Shown: positions 36,106 through 50,398, counted from the stretch's first letter. The stretch: DNA of 64,000 nucleotides from Octopus sinensis (GCF_006345805.1 NC_042999.1:149420001-149484000); one strand, 5' to 3'. Program-made: numbers and translations. Notes: generated by a model not told the origin, from the letters alone.

Positions 36106-39100
36106 AAATGTCTTGCCAATGTCTTATGATAGCTTATTTTATAATGTTGATGTATTTTCATCTCTTACAAATCTGGAAGAACAAAATATGAGAAATGTTT
36201 TAAATTTCAAGATTGAGTATCAAGATAAATCTATATAAGTCAAAGTGGAAAGGTAGGAGTCTGAATGATAAAGTTCACTTGTGGAGTATGTGTTTATGTG
36301 AGTGTATGTATATTTGTGTTAACTACATGTATGTGCTCATGTGCACATATGAAAGAGAAATAAAAAATTTTTTATGGAAATTGTTGATTTTCAGTTTCAC
36401 TTTGTGAGACAAATGAAAGTTTACAATAAATAACAAATATGAAAAGTTACAATAAATAACAAATATAAATGGGATAAGATAGTTCCAGTAAAACTAAGAG
36501 AACCAAGCTGAAGAGACAAGATAAGTGATTAACAAAGCAATAAAGAATATAAATTCTGTGAAAGCTGGAAGATTTTTGAGCCAAGATAATGAAATCATTT
36601 CAAAGATTTAGAGTGCCATCTGAAAGGGGGTCTCACTGGAAGAGGTTACTGGAACGAATTACAATAATATTATTAGTAAAAGTGGTGGATTCACCAAAAC
36701 ATTAGGATGTTAGACAAAATACTTTGTGGTGTTTTGTAATGACCCTTCACATTCTGAGTTCAAATTCTATTGAAACAACTTTACTTTTTAATTCTTTCAG
36801 GGTCGTCAAAATCAGCCACAATCAAATATTTGGATTGACATAATCACCTGTTCACATCCAAACCAAAATTTATGTCTCCTCCGTACATTCTTGCAACCTC
36901 TATCCAACCCACCCTTCCTTTCTGCTGCTGATAATGCTCACCCTGCAACCTCATCACCACTGCCTTTCTCTTCCCAGCCCTACACCAACTGCTCTCATCC
37001 ACTCTTCCATAATATGAGCAGCTATGTATCTCTTCTCCAGCAAACTTGTTCTAGACCCTTCCTTCATACTCTAACCTCTCATCTCCTAGCATGAAGATGC
37101 TTCCCTCTCAACCATATTCCCACTCGATTAAAATGGATCTTACTCATGTGAGCAATATGGCTACCTCAGTAATGCTGGTGCCATGAAAAAAGCACTCGGT
37201 TTGCTCTGTTAAGTGGATGGCATTAGAGAGGGCATAAAGCTGTAGAAACCATGCTAAAGTAAACACTAGAGCATGACACAATCTTTCAACCCAATCACCA
37301 TGGAATACAGATGTTAAAAGATAATGAAGTTATGTAAGAAATCATTATTAGAAAAGGTTTACCAAAAAAAGATGACTTTCATTAAAGTATTAGGCTTATT
37401 GTTTCACACTTAATTTTCCCAAGTTACCATCTTTAATGTTATGTAAACCACAATGCTATAGGATATTAAAAAATACTGGGATGAGATATTGCTGTTATTT
37501 TAGTTTCTGATCAGATCTGATCAAAAAGAACCACAAAAATATCCCAGTTACAAGCATCCTGCTTTTGATTTTTCACTCACAAGGTACTGAAGACAATATT
37601 ATCCAAAATCGGTGAGCTGCCAGAATCATTAGCATGCCAGGCTTAGCAGCATTTCCTCTCTAATTACATTCTGAATTCAAATTCCACTGAGGTTGACCTT
37701 TCATCCTCTCAGACTCAGTAAAATAAATACTAGTTGAGCACTGGTGTCAATGTAATTGACTTACCCATTCACCTGAAATTGAAGGCCTTGTGCTAAAATT
37801 TGAAACCATTATTATCCAATGTCTTTTATTGTTTTTACTTGATAGAGTGTCATTCAAGCGAGACCGAGATGCAATTTCTGCATCACAAGCAATCAAATAA
37901 AGGCTCAGGAATCATATTCATAAAGATTATCCATTTCCAGATGTATATATACCTATTATTGGTGTAGTCTATCAAGGAAAATACACTGGTGCTGTTTTTC
38001 TATTGTAATTCTTCTATAGACTGTGCATCCTGTCTTATTCCATTTCTGACCTGCTAAATGCTAGGTTTCCTATGAACACTACTAGTAACATGTTATCCCA
38101 GTACTTGTTGCATGATTGGTCAAGAGGGTGATTTTTATACACTCTCATCATCTTCCAGTGTTTTAAATCCGGGTTTTGTCCCCGTTAACGGGGGTGGCCA
38201 GATCTACCTCAATGCCATAGCAACTGAGATAGGCAGGTGCAGCCCACCTCAACCTTTGGGCTGACTGGTACCCATTCTTCCTTGCTATCATGAGGCTCCA
38301 GCATGGCCACAATCAAAAGACAAACAAATAAAAGGATACAAGAATAAAAGAGTTACATCGTAATTACTTCCTAAGATCATAATGGTGATCAAATTATTAT
38401 CAAAGTGTAAATATGAACGCTTTCACTCAAACACATCTTCATCCCATGATACAACTTCATCACCATCTCTTTCTCTCTCCTCTCTTCTCTTCCATCTTCG
38501 ATAGCCATGTATCTCCTGATAACCTGTTTCTGTCCTTCTATCATACTATAGCCTCTCTACACATCTGGCACAAAGCCATCTCCATCAAAACTACTATTTC
38601 CCAAACCCACAGCTGAGGGTCTCATACGTTACTTAGTGACATCACTAGTGACAGTACCAAGAAAAAAAAGAACCCAGTACACATTGTAAAGTGGTAGGTG
38701 TGAGAAATGGCATCCAGCTGTAGAAAGCATGTCAAAACAAACACTGGAGCAATGTGCTCTCCTCTGGTTCACCATCTTCTGTCAAACTGTCCAACCTAAG
38801 CCAGCATGGAAAACAGACATTAAATGGTTAATGATGATAACCATCCCAATACCGCTTTAGTCAACTTTGTCTCTTATCCTTTTCAGATAAATACATTAGC
38901 TATATGTAACATAGTGGAATGGTTTAAAATCCAATATCAAATAATTGGACTTGTTAAAGGAAACTGTTATTGCATAGTTAATAACGTTTTATACTCCCAC
39001 AACAAGTATTTGTACATGATGTGCTCACTTCATTTAATTTGCCTTAAAGCTTCATAATAATTAAGAAATCATTATCAGCTCAACCATTTCTATGTGAGCA

Positions 39101-40004
39101 TTTTCATATATAAATTTTCACCTTCATGTACCACATATGCCAATAGTTCATGTATGTGTGTATGTATGTATGCATGTATATACATGTGTATTTGTGCATG
39201 TATATGTGAGTGTCTATGCATACATACATATATATATATATATATATAGTTTATAACCAGTTAAAAGAAGAAAAGAAAATGGAGATAAGGAAGTTAACAA
39301 TTATTTATTACTAACGAATTGGTCATCTTCACTTCTTACAGCCGTTTCCTAACGCCAACCACTCCAAGAGTGTAGTGGGTGCTTTTACGTACCACCGGCA
39401 CGAAGGCCAGTCAGGTGGTACGCTCAGATGGTGTTTTTTATGTGCCACCTGCAGAGGAACCGGTCCAGCAGCACTGGCAATGACTTTGCTCAAATGTTTT
39501 TTCACGTGCCACCAGCAAAAGTGCCATGGTGATGCTGGTAGCGATCACAATCGAATGGTGCTTTTTACGTGCCACTTGCACGGAAGCCAGTTTGCTGCTC
39601 TGGCAGCTTGGATGGTGCTCTTAGCACTCCATTAGCACAGATGCCATGCACTTGTATGCATATACATGTGTATAAATCATTATCATTTTAATACCCACTT
39701 TTCCACACTAATATGTGTGTGTATGTATTTATATAACACATGATAGGCTAAATTATCAGCTGTTATACATTGTTCATCACAATGTGCTATACAACAGTTT
39801 AGCTTTAACACTGCTCTCCAATCAGAAGGCTAATCCATTGCAAGCTTACCCATTTACAGCTGAATGGACTATAGCAATGAAGTATTTTGCTCAAGACAAT
39901 GCTCCACTCAATCTGGGAATCAAACCTACAGTCACAAGATCACTAACACCTTTACCACATGCCTTCACACACTCACATGTATATTTGATTGTGTGTGTGT
40001 GTGT

Positions 40005-40428
40005 ACTCTTTTTACTCTTTTACTTGTTTTAGTCATTTGACTGCTGCCATACTGGAGCACTGCCTTTTTTAGTCGAGTAAATCGACCCCAGGACTTATTC
40101 TTTGTAAGCCTAGTACTTATTCTATCAGTCTCTTTTGCCGAACCGCTAAGTTACAGGGACGTAAACACACCAGCATTGGTTGTCAAGCGATGTTGAGGGG
40201 GACAAACACAGACACACAAACATATACACACATACATATATATATATATGTATATATACTTATATACGACGGGCTTCTTTCAGTTTCCGTCTACCAAATC
40301 CACTCACAAGGCATTGGTCAGCCCGAGGCTATAGTAGAAGATACTTGTCCAAGGTGCCACGCAGTGGGACTGAACCTGGGACCATGTGGTTGGTAAGCAA
40401 GCTACTTACCACACAGCCACTCCTACGC
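40005..40428 (-). mobile_element. Young full-length SINE family A
   Basis: CpG-retaining reverse complement of the consensus. Confidence 0.9.
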
Positions 40429-41074
40429 CACCACTTCATATAGATATGAATACGTATTTGTATGCATGTGAATATAAATACACGTGTGGGTGGATGGATG
40501 GATGGATGGATGGATGGAAGGAAAGACAGATATTTCTTCATTTGTGTGAAGTCACTCAAATAACAAAAAAAAACGATTTTCTGGGAATCATTGGCTTCAA
40601 ATAAATAACTAAACCCTAATATCTGTCTTGAGTACTTTTCCTCTCCTCCCTTTTATACTGAGAACAAAATCACAAACCACCTCCCCACCACTAAACATGC
40701 TATCAGTAGACCCTCTCCTAATACTACCACCATCAGAAGTAGAGGTACTACCACCCTACAGTAAAGCCATAGCTGACATCACCACCACCACCTCAAAGTA
40801 ATACACAATACACACACAGATATATATATATATATATATGTATATTTATATATATATGAAATGGAGACAAGAATAGATTTGTGTTCTTCAGATAGTTATT
40901 AATATTGTTTCCAGTGAATCTGGTCAAATTTAGAGATGTGATCCAAAGTGTAAATGATGAGATGAACAGAGATAAGAGATTTCCAAGCTTGCCAGAAGCG
41001 TACAGATGTATGATGCACCAATGTCTATCAATTGTCTTCAATGAGATGTAATTAAAATGATAGCTATTAATATG

Positions 41075-41540
41075 CACACACAAACTCTCATACACACATA
41101 TATAAACATATTTGTACATAGATACATACATACATAGATACATACATACACACACACACATACATACACACATACATACACACACTCCTGTGTGTTGCAT
41201 ATTTTTATCATACTCATGTGACCCAAAATACCTGTGGCATTTAAAATCTTGTTTGTGTATTCATATGTATGTATTTATATACATGTGTGTACATGTGTAT
41301 TCATACACAGCCATCTGTATGTGCATGCGTGTGTGTATATATATTATACACACACACATGCACACATAAATGCATATGCATGCAAGCACACACGTGTATG
41401 TGTGCATCTGTATGTACATGGATGCATGTGTACGTACATGTATAATTAGTTTTGCACTTTGTGCATGCATATTGTGCATACTTGTATGCATGTTTATATG
41501 TGATCTTCGAAACAGGCATACAGACATACATGCCACACAA
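41075..41540. repeat. Alternating purine-pyrimidine (CA/TA/TG) low-complexity tract
   Basis: Direct reading. Confidence 0.85.
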
Positions 41541-41834
41541 ACAGAGAAACATGTCTAGCAGGAAGCTTCTTTCAATTCTACCATATTCTCGGTTATAATG
41601 ATTAAATGAAAGCAAGCATCAATAATTCAAGATTCCTGTACACGATCAGTATCCAATCCTCATTATTTTAACATTTGATATTCTTCGTTTTTATTGGATG
41701 GCTTCATTGGTAAATACAGTATTTTCCCATCTTCATCTTAATTAAATAGATAAAAACATTATTACTCTTAGTTTACAAATCAAAGAGTCCCTGGTTCAAA
41801 TCTAGTTTGGAAAAAATCTAGGAATGAGCCTAAG

Positions 41835-41996
41835 TGCAGGCATGGCTGTGTGGTTAAGAAGTTTGTTCCTCAATCCAGTGGTTTTGGGTTCAGTCCCACC
41901 AGGCAACACCTAGGGAAGGTGTCTTCTTCTGTTGCCTAGACCAATGAAATCCTTGTGAGTGGATTTGGTACACAGATACTGAAAAAAGCCTACCTG

Positions 41997-42073
<77 letters not shown>

Positions 42074-42460
42074 AAGAAAGAGAGAGGTCAGTGACACAAA
42101 ACTGAACTCAAAACAGGAATACATATTTTTTAATTTTGATAAGTGCCAATGCACGAAACTCAGACAGACAGACATACATACATACATACAGACAGACAGA
42201 CAGACATAGACACACACACACACATACACACATACATATATGTGTGTGTGTGTGTGTGTGTGTGTTGTGTTTGACCACCACATCACTTGACAACTGGTGT
42301 CGGTTTGTTTGTCCCGATAACTTAGCAGTGCACCAAAAGTGACTGACAGAATAAGTACTAGACTTTTAAGAAATAAGTACTAGGGTTGATTTGTTTGACT
42401 AAACCTTTTGAGATGGTTCCCCAGCCTGGTTGCAGTCCAGCAACTAAAATAAGTAGAAAA
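41835..42460 (+). mobile_element. SINE family A with greatly expanded internal microsatellite region
   Basis: Head about 41835-41990 and tail about 42270-42460 flank (TA)n, (GACA)n, (CA)n and (TG)n runs. Confidence 0.75.
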
Positions 42461-42559
42461 TATTACTGACCATCACTAGGATATTTTTTTAAAGCTTAGA
42501 TAAGAAAAAGAGATTATACCCCTAACATTCACAGCTCTCCATGACTAGTGTTCAGTATG

Positions 42560-42803
42560 AACCCTTGTAAGTCAGTGCTGGTAGCTGGCAGGTAAAACAT
42601 TAGCAGGGAGACACTTCGGAAAGGAATGTTAAAATATATTTTGGTTAGTGCAAAATATACTTTATATATATATATATACATGGCAAAGGGGAGAAAAGAT
42701 GCTGCTTTGAGTGAGGGGAAGAGGAGAGCCAAGTTTATCAGGTGGAAGTTCGATGTAAGTAGTTGATTCTGAGGAACAAAAACTTTTGTAATAGCGATAG
42801 AAC

Positions 42804-42858
<55 letters not shown>

Positions 42859-43500
42859 CACGTGTGAAACAGAACCTGAAGTGTGTTGGTGAATGTGTTT
42901 TTGTTTAAGGGCTAGATAATTTTCTTTTGGATGCAGTCTAGGATGTTTTTGTACCAGCCACATTACCCAGATGTGGGGCTAATATTCTATTGTGGGGGTC
43001 AATAATGTGTTTATGTACCAGGAGCTGTCCTATTACAGATCTAGATACTTCTTTGTGGGTTTTACTTGACCTTTGTAGAGGGTCAGCAAATGAACAGAGC
43101 TGAAGTAATATCTGGTTTTACCATGAAAAGCTAGTCTTTGGTAGAGGCTTATTCTAAGGTTATGAATATGAGATCTTCAGGAAAAATCACCAGAGATTCT
43201 TAGACTCAATGTTTGGAGTAACTTTAAGGGCCTTAATAGAGTGTTATCTTGATTATCTTGGCTATCATCTAAACAGCCAAAGTATTGAGGCATTTCAACC
43301 TTCACAATAATCAACTGAGGGTGTTGCAGGATTTTTCAAAAGCACTTCATTTAAAAATTTTGAGAGGCCATTTCTGATGTTATCTATAAAGTTATACATC
43401 TTCCCAGTCTTTCATGACTAGGCCATAGCAAATTCTGATCTACTTTTGGGTAAAGCTTCATAAGGAATGGGCTCTTCCAGGTTGAATTTCCCTGGAGACA
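42560..43500 (-). mobile_element. Heavily decayed CR1-group LINE 3' region
   Basis: Minus fragments such as PHIW and YRYYKS resemble the LINE at 2.1-2.8 kb; many stops and frameshifts. Confidence 0.35.
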
Positions 43501-43929
43501 CCTCACGAAAGTGTTACCACAGTGATGTAATAGCTTATGAGATTTATCACTGTTCTGCTCTGAGGTTACTGAAAGAATAATCTCAGTCTATCACAATTGA
43601 TCATTAACTCTCCTACTGAGAATAACATAAGCGTTCAGCTGTTCAATCAACTGAGAAACCCATTCATTGAACTAGCATGCTAAACTGGATGAGTATTCCA
43701 CAGCTATGTGTAGCCTCAGTGTAATTCTAAATTAGAATCATTATCATCATTTAACGTCCATTTTCCATGCTGGCATGGGTTGGATGGTTCAACAGGAGCT
43801 GGCAAGCCAGAAGGCTGAACTAAGCACTGTTTGCTTTGATATGGTTTCTACAGTCAAATGCCTTCTTAATGCTAACCACTTTACAAAGTGTACTTGGTGC
43901 TTTTTACATGGCATAAGTGGCAGCGATGA

Positions 43930-44480
43930 TGATCATCATCATCATGGGTTGGACGGTTCGACCGGGGTCTGGGAAGCTAGGAGGCTGCACCAAGCTCCAG
44001 TCCGATCTGGCAGTGTTCCTACAGCTGGATGCCCTTCCTAACGCCAACCACTCCGTGAGTGTAATGGGTGGTTTTTACGTGCCACCGGCACAGGGACCAG
44101 AGGAGGCTGGCAACGGCCACGATCAGTTGGTGATTTTTACGTGCCACTGGCACAGAAGCCAGTTTAGGTGGTGCTGGCATCGACCACGTTCGGATGGTGT
44201 TTTTTACGTGCCACCGGCATGGATATCACAACTACAATTTCCATTTGATTTTCATTTTGATGATGTACTTGACACACTAGGTCTCCTCAAGCACAGCAGG
44301 TCACCCTACGATCCAAGTTAAGCACAGCAGGCTGTCCTGCAATCCAAGGTACTTTGAATGGGCTGGAGCTGGTTATATGAAGCTGGTGCAGGATACAGCC
44401 ATAACTTTATTTGTCGAGTTTTCGCAGTAACAGCATATCTCCAGAGGTCTCGGTCTTTCATCATTGCTTCTGTGAGGCAA
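43930..44480 (-). mobile_element. RTE-LINE 3' end including ORF C-terminus
   Basis: Minus LTEAMMKDRDLWRYAVTAKTRQ (about 44410-44480), then UTR modules and tail. Confidence 0.85.
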
Positions 44481-45314
44481 TATCACCAAATAACTTGCAG
44501 GACAAGAACCCTCAACTGAAGGGTGTAGTATTGAGTGAGGTGGTTTTGTGCTATGATAAGAGAGAACTAGGTCCCTTGCTGTAGAGGAGATACATGATAA
44601 CCCCAGTCTGAGGAAAGAGAAAAGGTGGTGAGAAAGATGTGTCAGGGCATACCCTCAAGGTACAAGGAGGTGAACATAAGTGTTACGGAAGTTTGGACAG
44701 GGTAAGTGGGCAGTGGAACATGTGAATTACTGGTACAGTCCAGCTAGAAGGCTTCTATGATTTCTTCTTTGGTTCCTGTCAACATAATTTCTCACATGAT
44801 ACATGGATTGACTAGTAGCAAGGTTAAAAAACATTTGCCCAATATACCACCTAGTGAGATTGAACCTGGAACTTGATGGTTGTGAAGCAAACTTCTTAAA
44901 TATTCAGCCACACCTGCAGTCATCATAATTAATAACTAATTAATCTATCAATGTTAATTAATAATTGATAAAGAAACAATAACTGATTAGTTAGTAAATA
45001 TTTTAACAATCATTCTTGTAATAGATTATGGATAAGAACAGTTCAAGAATAAGTTACTGTTCCGAAAATATGGAAGGAAGTATTCTTTGCTAATTCCAAA
45101 CAGGTGCAGACATGATTGTATAGTTAGGAGGTTCACTTTATAAGAACAAGGTTTAAGGTTCAAACCCACCATGTGGTACCTTGAGTTAGCAAGTTGTTTG
45201 TTGTAGCCTCTAATTGTCTAAATCCTTGAGATTGAAATTTGGCAGACAGAAACTGTATAGAAGACCATTGGCAGAACTCTTCTGTTTTGGAGTAATAGAT
45301 TTACTATCTCTTAA

Positions 45315-45545
45315 CCCTTTTGTTACCATATTTCTGTGGAAATAACTGCTTTTTTTTTTTTTGAGAATTAATTTTGAAAATAATGAAGAATTCAGTAAAA
45401 TGATTTTGTCAGTATTAAGCTGATGTTTGGAACATAAATTAAGATGAAAGTTTGAGGGACAGTATCAATTTAGATCACTTTAAACATGAAGCTTATATCG
45501 CAGACTCAAGTGTGGCAAGTCTCAGGCAAGTTGTTATCAAAAAGG
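45315..45545. mobile_element. piggyBac-type MITE (decayed)
   Basis: TTAA-cccttttgttacc ... aaaaagg-TTAA. Confidence 0.65.
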
Positions 45546-46032
45546 TTAATCAAAACCCCACCATATGGCCTTGGGTGCTTTTAGCAGAGTCCATTCTATT
45601 GCAAGCATTCATGCCAAGTTTCTGTACAGAGAATAACCTACCCACTTCTTTCCAACCATGTCAAAAACCCTGAAAGAAGAAGGTCATTAATGTGACCCTT
45701 CTTCCTTTAAGTCACTTATAAAATATAAAAAAAAAACATACATTACAAATAATACTTTCCTTGCAGTCATGCCTGACTTCATTTATGGGTTACATGTAGC
45801 ATAAGAAAAAAAAGTTATTCACAATTACAAAGAGGGTTGAATAACTAACTAAACAAGGTATAAGCAGATATTTTATGAAGTAACAGAATACAAAAGAAAA
45901 AACACCTACTTAGAGGTGAAGCAGTTTAGTTTTATAATTTTCACTTGTAGTTTTTAAGGCGTGTGTTCTATTAGTTTTATTAACTAAAATTTGTGGTTAA
46001 CAAATAGTTATGTAATAATAGCAGGCTATCTG

Positions 46033-46490
46033 GCAATATCACAGCAATGTATGGTGAACTCTGTAAACAATAAATATGGATAAAGAGCAATGTCATACAG
46101 CGATGTATGGTGAACTGTGCAAACAATAAAAATAGAAAAGGAGCATTGCCACTCAGGAATGAATGGTGGGCTCTGAAAACTAGAATGGCCAGAGAGCAAT
46201 GTTGTACAACAATCTATGGTGAGCCAAGTAGCTAATAATTACTCTGGAGTAATGCCAGAGAGCAAGTAAGGTGAGCTACACAGGCATAAACAGGGATAAG
46301 GAACAATGTCACACAACAATGTATGGTGAACCATTTAACCCATAACAGGAACAAGAGGTAATGTCATACAGTAGTGTATGGTGAGCTATGTAGACAAAGA
46401 TGAACAGGCAACAATGTCATGCAGCAATGTATGGTGAGTTACATAGGCAATAAACAAGGATAAAGAGTATGTATGGTGAGCTATGTACAC
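46033..46490. repeat. Degenerate ~55-bp tandem array with conserved core gcaatgtcatacagcaatgtatggtgagct
   Basis: Nine cores; spacings 56, 56, 53, 52, 55, 55, 53, 42. Confidence 0.85.
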
Positions 46491-47329
46491 AAATATGCAT
46501 AATGACTTCTGTGGGTTACATATATTTATGAAGAGTTTTGAACAATAACTTGTTTGGAAAGAAGTTTTAAAGTTTACTTAGGTTTTCACAGGAGCCATGA
46601 CAAAGGCAATTTAGTATTCATAATCTTGATATGGGACAATTTATAGGAAAATAAAGGCGTGGTCAAGAAGAATTGTGTGTGTGGAAGTGTGTGGGTGGGA
46701 AGATAGACAGAGAGAATAAAAGGTTGTTCATATAGAGTTGCAGAAATCAAATAATTGTTGAAAGAAAAGATCACATGAAATAAAATTGAAGGCAGAATAG
46801 CTTAAAGTATTAAAATCATAGCCGAGAAAGATAAAAGTAAAAGAGGAAAAAAATGACCTTGATCAGTATTGTAAAATTGGAGTAAATACTTAAATACTCC
46901 GAAGGTATTTCATTCAGTGGGTGTATAGTGAGAGGAACATTCCTTACAAACTATTTACATTTCAATCATTCACAGTACACTGAAGTAATTAGTTATATAT
47001 TCAGTCCACCTCCAGATATAATTGAAGAACAAAACTATGTCTTTGAAGAAGTAAATAAGTTTAGTTACTATGGCAGCTTATTTTAGTATTTGAGGGATAG
47101 GACCGAGTGGCAATATAATAATTGGCAGGGCAGGAACAATATGGAGATGGAGCTTAAATAATTTCTAATTATATTACGTCAAGGTACAGGCATAGCTGTG
47201 TTGTTGAGAAGCTTACTTCCCAACCATGTGGTCTTAGGTTCAGTCCCACTGTTTGGTAATTTGGGCAAGGGTCTTTAGCTATGGCCCCCAGGCCAACCCA
47301 AACTTAATGAGTGGATTTGGTAGGTGGAC

Positions 47330-47555
47330 AAAGATATAAAAGGTGAGGGATCAAAGGCATGAAAGGTGAGAGGTCAAAAGTATGGAGAAGGTGGAGACAA
47401 ATGTATGAAGAATAAAAGAGCAAAAGTATGAAAGTTAAGAAGACAAATGTATGAAAGGTGACAGATCAAAGGTATGAAGGGTGAGGGATTAAATGTATGA
47501 CAGGTCAAGAGTCAAAGATTTAGAGAAGAAGAAGACCAAAGTTATAAAGAATGAG
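47330..47555. repeat. Degenerate purine-rich 23-bp minisatellite (caaaggtatgaaaggtgagagat)
   Basis: About ten tandem units. Confidence 0.75.
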
Positions 47556-47861
47556 GGCTCAACAGTATCAAGTATGAAGGACTAAAAGTATAAAGTGAGA
47601 GGAAGGGATTAAGGTACTGGACAAATCTCACATTCAAACTACAACACCAGAATTATATTTTCATATAGGCAGTTACTCTTTTTCACTCAAATTTGCAAGT
47701 CGCAAGGGTTCAGCAGTGTCAAGTATGAAGGGTTAGGGTTAGGGTTAAAAATATGAAGTGAGGGGAGATCAAGGCATTGGACAAATCTCACATTTAAACT
47801 ACAACATCAGAATTGTATTTTCATATAGGTAGTTACTATTTTTCCCTCAAATCTGCAGGTC
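47554..47861. repeat. Tandem duplication of ~150 bp; second copy carries (GGGTTA)3
   Basis: ggacaaatctcacatt.aaactacaaca.cagaatt.tattttcatatagg.agttact present twice. Confidence 0.85.
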
Positions 47862-48983
47862 TTGAGCTTAACCCTGTTCCTGGTTTAGTGGAAATAGCTT
47901 AGAGGCAATCCCATTAAAACGGTACAAAAGATTAAATACTAAAAATAGACAACCAATTGTGTTACAACTTTGCAGTCAAGTGTATTCATGACTCATTGTT
48001 TATGGCATCCTCCATGGCTGTTGTTTACTTCTGTTGTTAATGGGAAAAAAGAAGATTTTATTGTAATGAAACAAGTGTGTGGTAAAACCAGCACTTTGTC
48101 TCATAAATGAGCAAGACCTAGTCTCTTTACAGTCGAGGAAATTACTGATAATATTTATTCTTCAGACAAAGAGTTTACCCTTATGCAGGCAAAGAGTGAT
48201 TTGAACAAACCAGTGAAAGTGATAATTCGGGTGAAATAGTTGAGAGATGATAGGCCTATTACTGTTATTCCCCTGAATTTTCTTTGTGATTCTGTCTGTT
48301 AGTTTGCCTGCAATCATTACTTTTGAGTTGTGTATGCAAGAGTTTGTTTTTTTGCTCAGGAGCTCTAGCGGAAGATAAAGTTAGACACAAGGGCTCAGAT
48401 CTGAGAGGGTTGATCCCATTCCTCAGAGCAGAAAGTAAATTTGAGAGAAACCACCCTTTGGATTGGTTATTAATTGAACCCAGGTAACTTTCCCAATGGC
48501 CTGATAACAGAAGTCATGTAGATTTAAGAATCTTGTCCAGAAACCTAATGAAACATATTCAATGGACATAAATTCATAGGCTATAATTCATAAATTGATC
48601 AAGGCATGAGGAGGGGGGGCCGTGAACACTGCAGCTAGATTGGTGAAATTGATGTCTCATGTTTTTGGGGTTAGAATCTGTAAGAAAAGCATCAGTGAGG
48701 ACAGAACCAAGTATCTAAATCAAACGCTTGCACCCAAGGATTAGATAGCTGTATAAAACCAGCTAGAATGATGGGCCTAACTACTCAAAGATGCAATAGA
48801 AATAGAGATAATAAAGAGAAACAGAATCAGTTCACAGTTCAAGAGTAAACAAAATACAGTAGGAATACAGATTATAATAAATCTGATGGGTTGTTTTAGC
48901 TATAAAATCAGGGAATTACAACACCACCATTCTAAACCAGCCAGGCAACCATCCAATCTACCTATCTATCTGCCTGCCTACCA

Positions 48984-49020
48984 CTAAGTGGTTTGATGTT
49001 TAAAACATCAAACCACTTAG
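48984..49020. repeat. Perfect palindrome with 18-bp arms and a 1-nt centre
   Basis: ctaagtggtttgatgttt-a-aaacatcaaaccacttag. Confidence 0.95.
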
Positions 49021-49530
49021 CTATGCACTTCTTTGTAGTTGCCTTATAACTAAGATGGCATCAATGGTGCCTCATCTTAGAACAAAGCTGAACTAGATCT
49101 CACCAAGGCTAATTTTCTTCCTAATCAATTGTGTTGTAAGTTTTTTTGTATCTTTCATGACCTGGCCTGACAATTTTATACCCCCATAATCACCACTCCC
49201 TCGTCTATCACTTTTGCCCTTGTAGCAGTTGATTGTGATACTGTTGCACCTGCCAGTAATTATGACTTCTCGTTCTACTTGATTGACCATGTAAGTTATC
49301 AGAACATTCCCTACTTCACTAGATAATCTAAGCAGTTTAATGACTATCCCCAGTGGACTAGCTAGCTTTCTGGCTTACATCTTCTTAGCTTGTGGCCAAA
49401 CTGCTATCATCATGAATGGCTGGTCTTGTGTTGGGTCTCCTTGGGATACACTCTCAATCTTTCCACAAAGCATTTTCCTCATTCAACATCATCTTACAGT
49501 ACTACTTCCATGTCTCTTTCATTTTGTCAT
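49020..49530 (-). mobile_element. RTE-LINE reverse transcriptase fragment (pseudogenised)
   Basis: NQVEREVII...INCYKGKSD...DYGGIKLSGQVMK...QLIRKKISLGEI*FSFVLR*GTIDAILVIRQLQ matches YKGKGD..NYRGIKL..QFGF..GTTDAIF.RQLQEK. Confidence 0.85.
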
Positions 49531-49579
49531 CAGTAATGGCAAGTGGATCATTATTATTCTGCACTCACTTCTTTCCAAT

Positions 49580-49850
49580 GTTTCTTATTTCTTTATTGCC
49601 CACAAGGAGCTAAACATAGAGGGGACAAACAAGGACAGACAAAGGGATTAAGTTGATTATATCGACCTCAGTGCATAACTGGTACTTAATTTATTGACAC
49701 CGAAAGGATGAAAGGCAAAGTCGACCTTGGCGGAATTTGAACTCAGAACGTCAAGACAGACGAAATACGGCTACGCATTTCGCCCGGCGTGCTAACGATT
49801 CTGCCAGCATTTTTCCTGGCGTGCTAACATTTCTGCCAGCTCGCCACCTT
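49580..49850 (-). mobile_element. SINE family C monomer (tail type 2) with duplicated head segment
   Basis: gcattt...ggcgtgctaac..ttctgccagc occurs twice at about 49775-49840. Confidence 0.85.
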
Positions 49851-50247
49851 TAAATGATGTTTCTCTCCAATGATGCTTCTATCCCCACCTTGCAATCCAG
49901 AACACTAATGGTATCCATTACACCCCACTGACACCCTACTTTACTTCCTCTTACTCCAGATCATCACTCTCTTACCTTCCTTCATATGTCTCCATAACTA
50001 CCCATCACTCATGCTCTCTCTTTGCAAATAAACATTACACTATCTAGCCACCTCCTCCACTCCCTTGGCCACATTTCTACAACTATCCACTATATGCTTT
50101 CTCTCTTATCAGAAGGCAGCTGCTATTATTGTCTCTCTTCCATAACCCTCTGTCATTACTTTCCTCTATTACTTCGTTGACCATTCTTTCTTTCTCCATC
50201 CTACCTCCCCATCATTCTCTCCCACTCTAGGTCATCTTCTGTTCTGC

Positions 50248-50304
<57 letters not shown>

Positions 50305-50398
50305 GAGTTATAAATTTTGAACTTCTTTTACAAGAATTTTGATCTGAAAATTGTGTTAAAATCAATATTGCTGCATATTGAAAGGGTCACATTATTAA

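Noticed and set aside
35867-36238. Ser-rich heptad-repeat protein
   Set aside because: The open frame follows from a 21-bp minisatellite; no splice or homology support
46033-46490. CRISPR array
   Set aside because: Repeats are degenerate, spacers are related to one another, there are no cas genes and the context is eukaryotic
48200-48900. L1/Tx1-like endonuclease remnant on the minus strand
   Set aside because: Only vague motif resemblance; too decayed to support by eye
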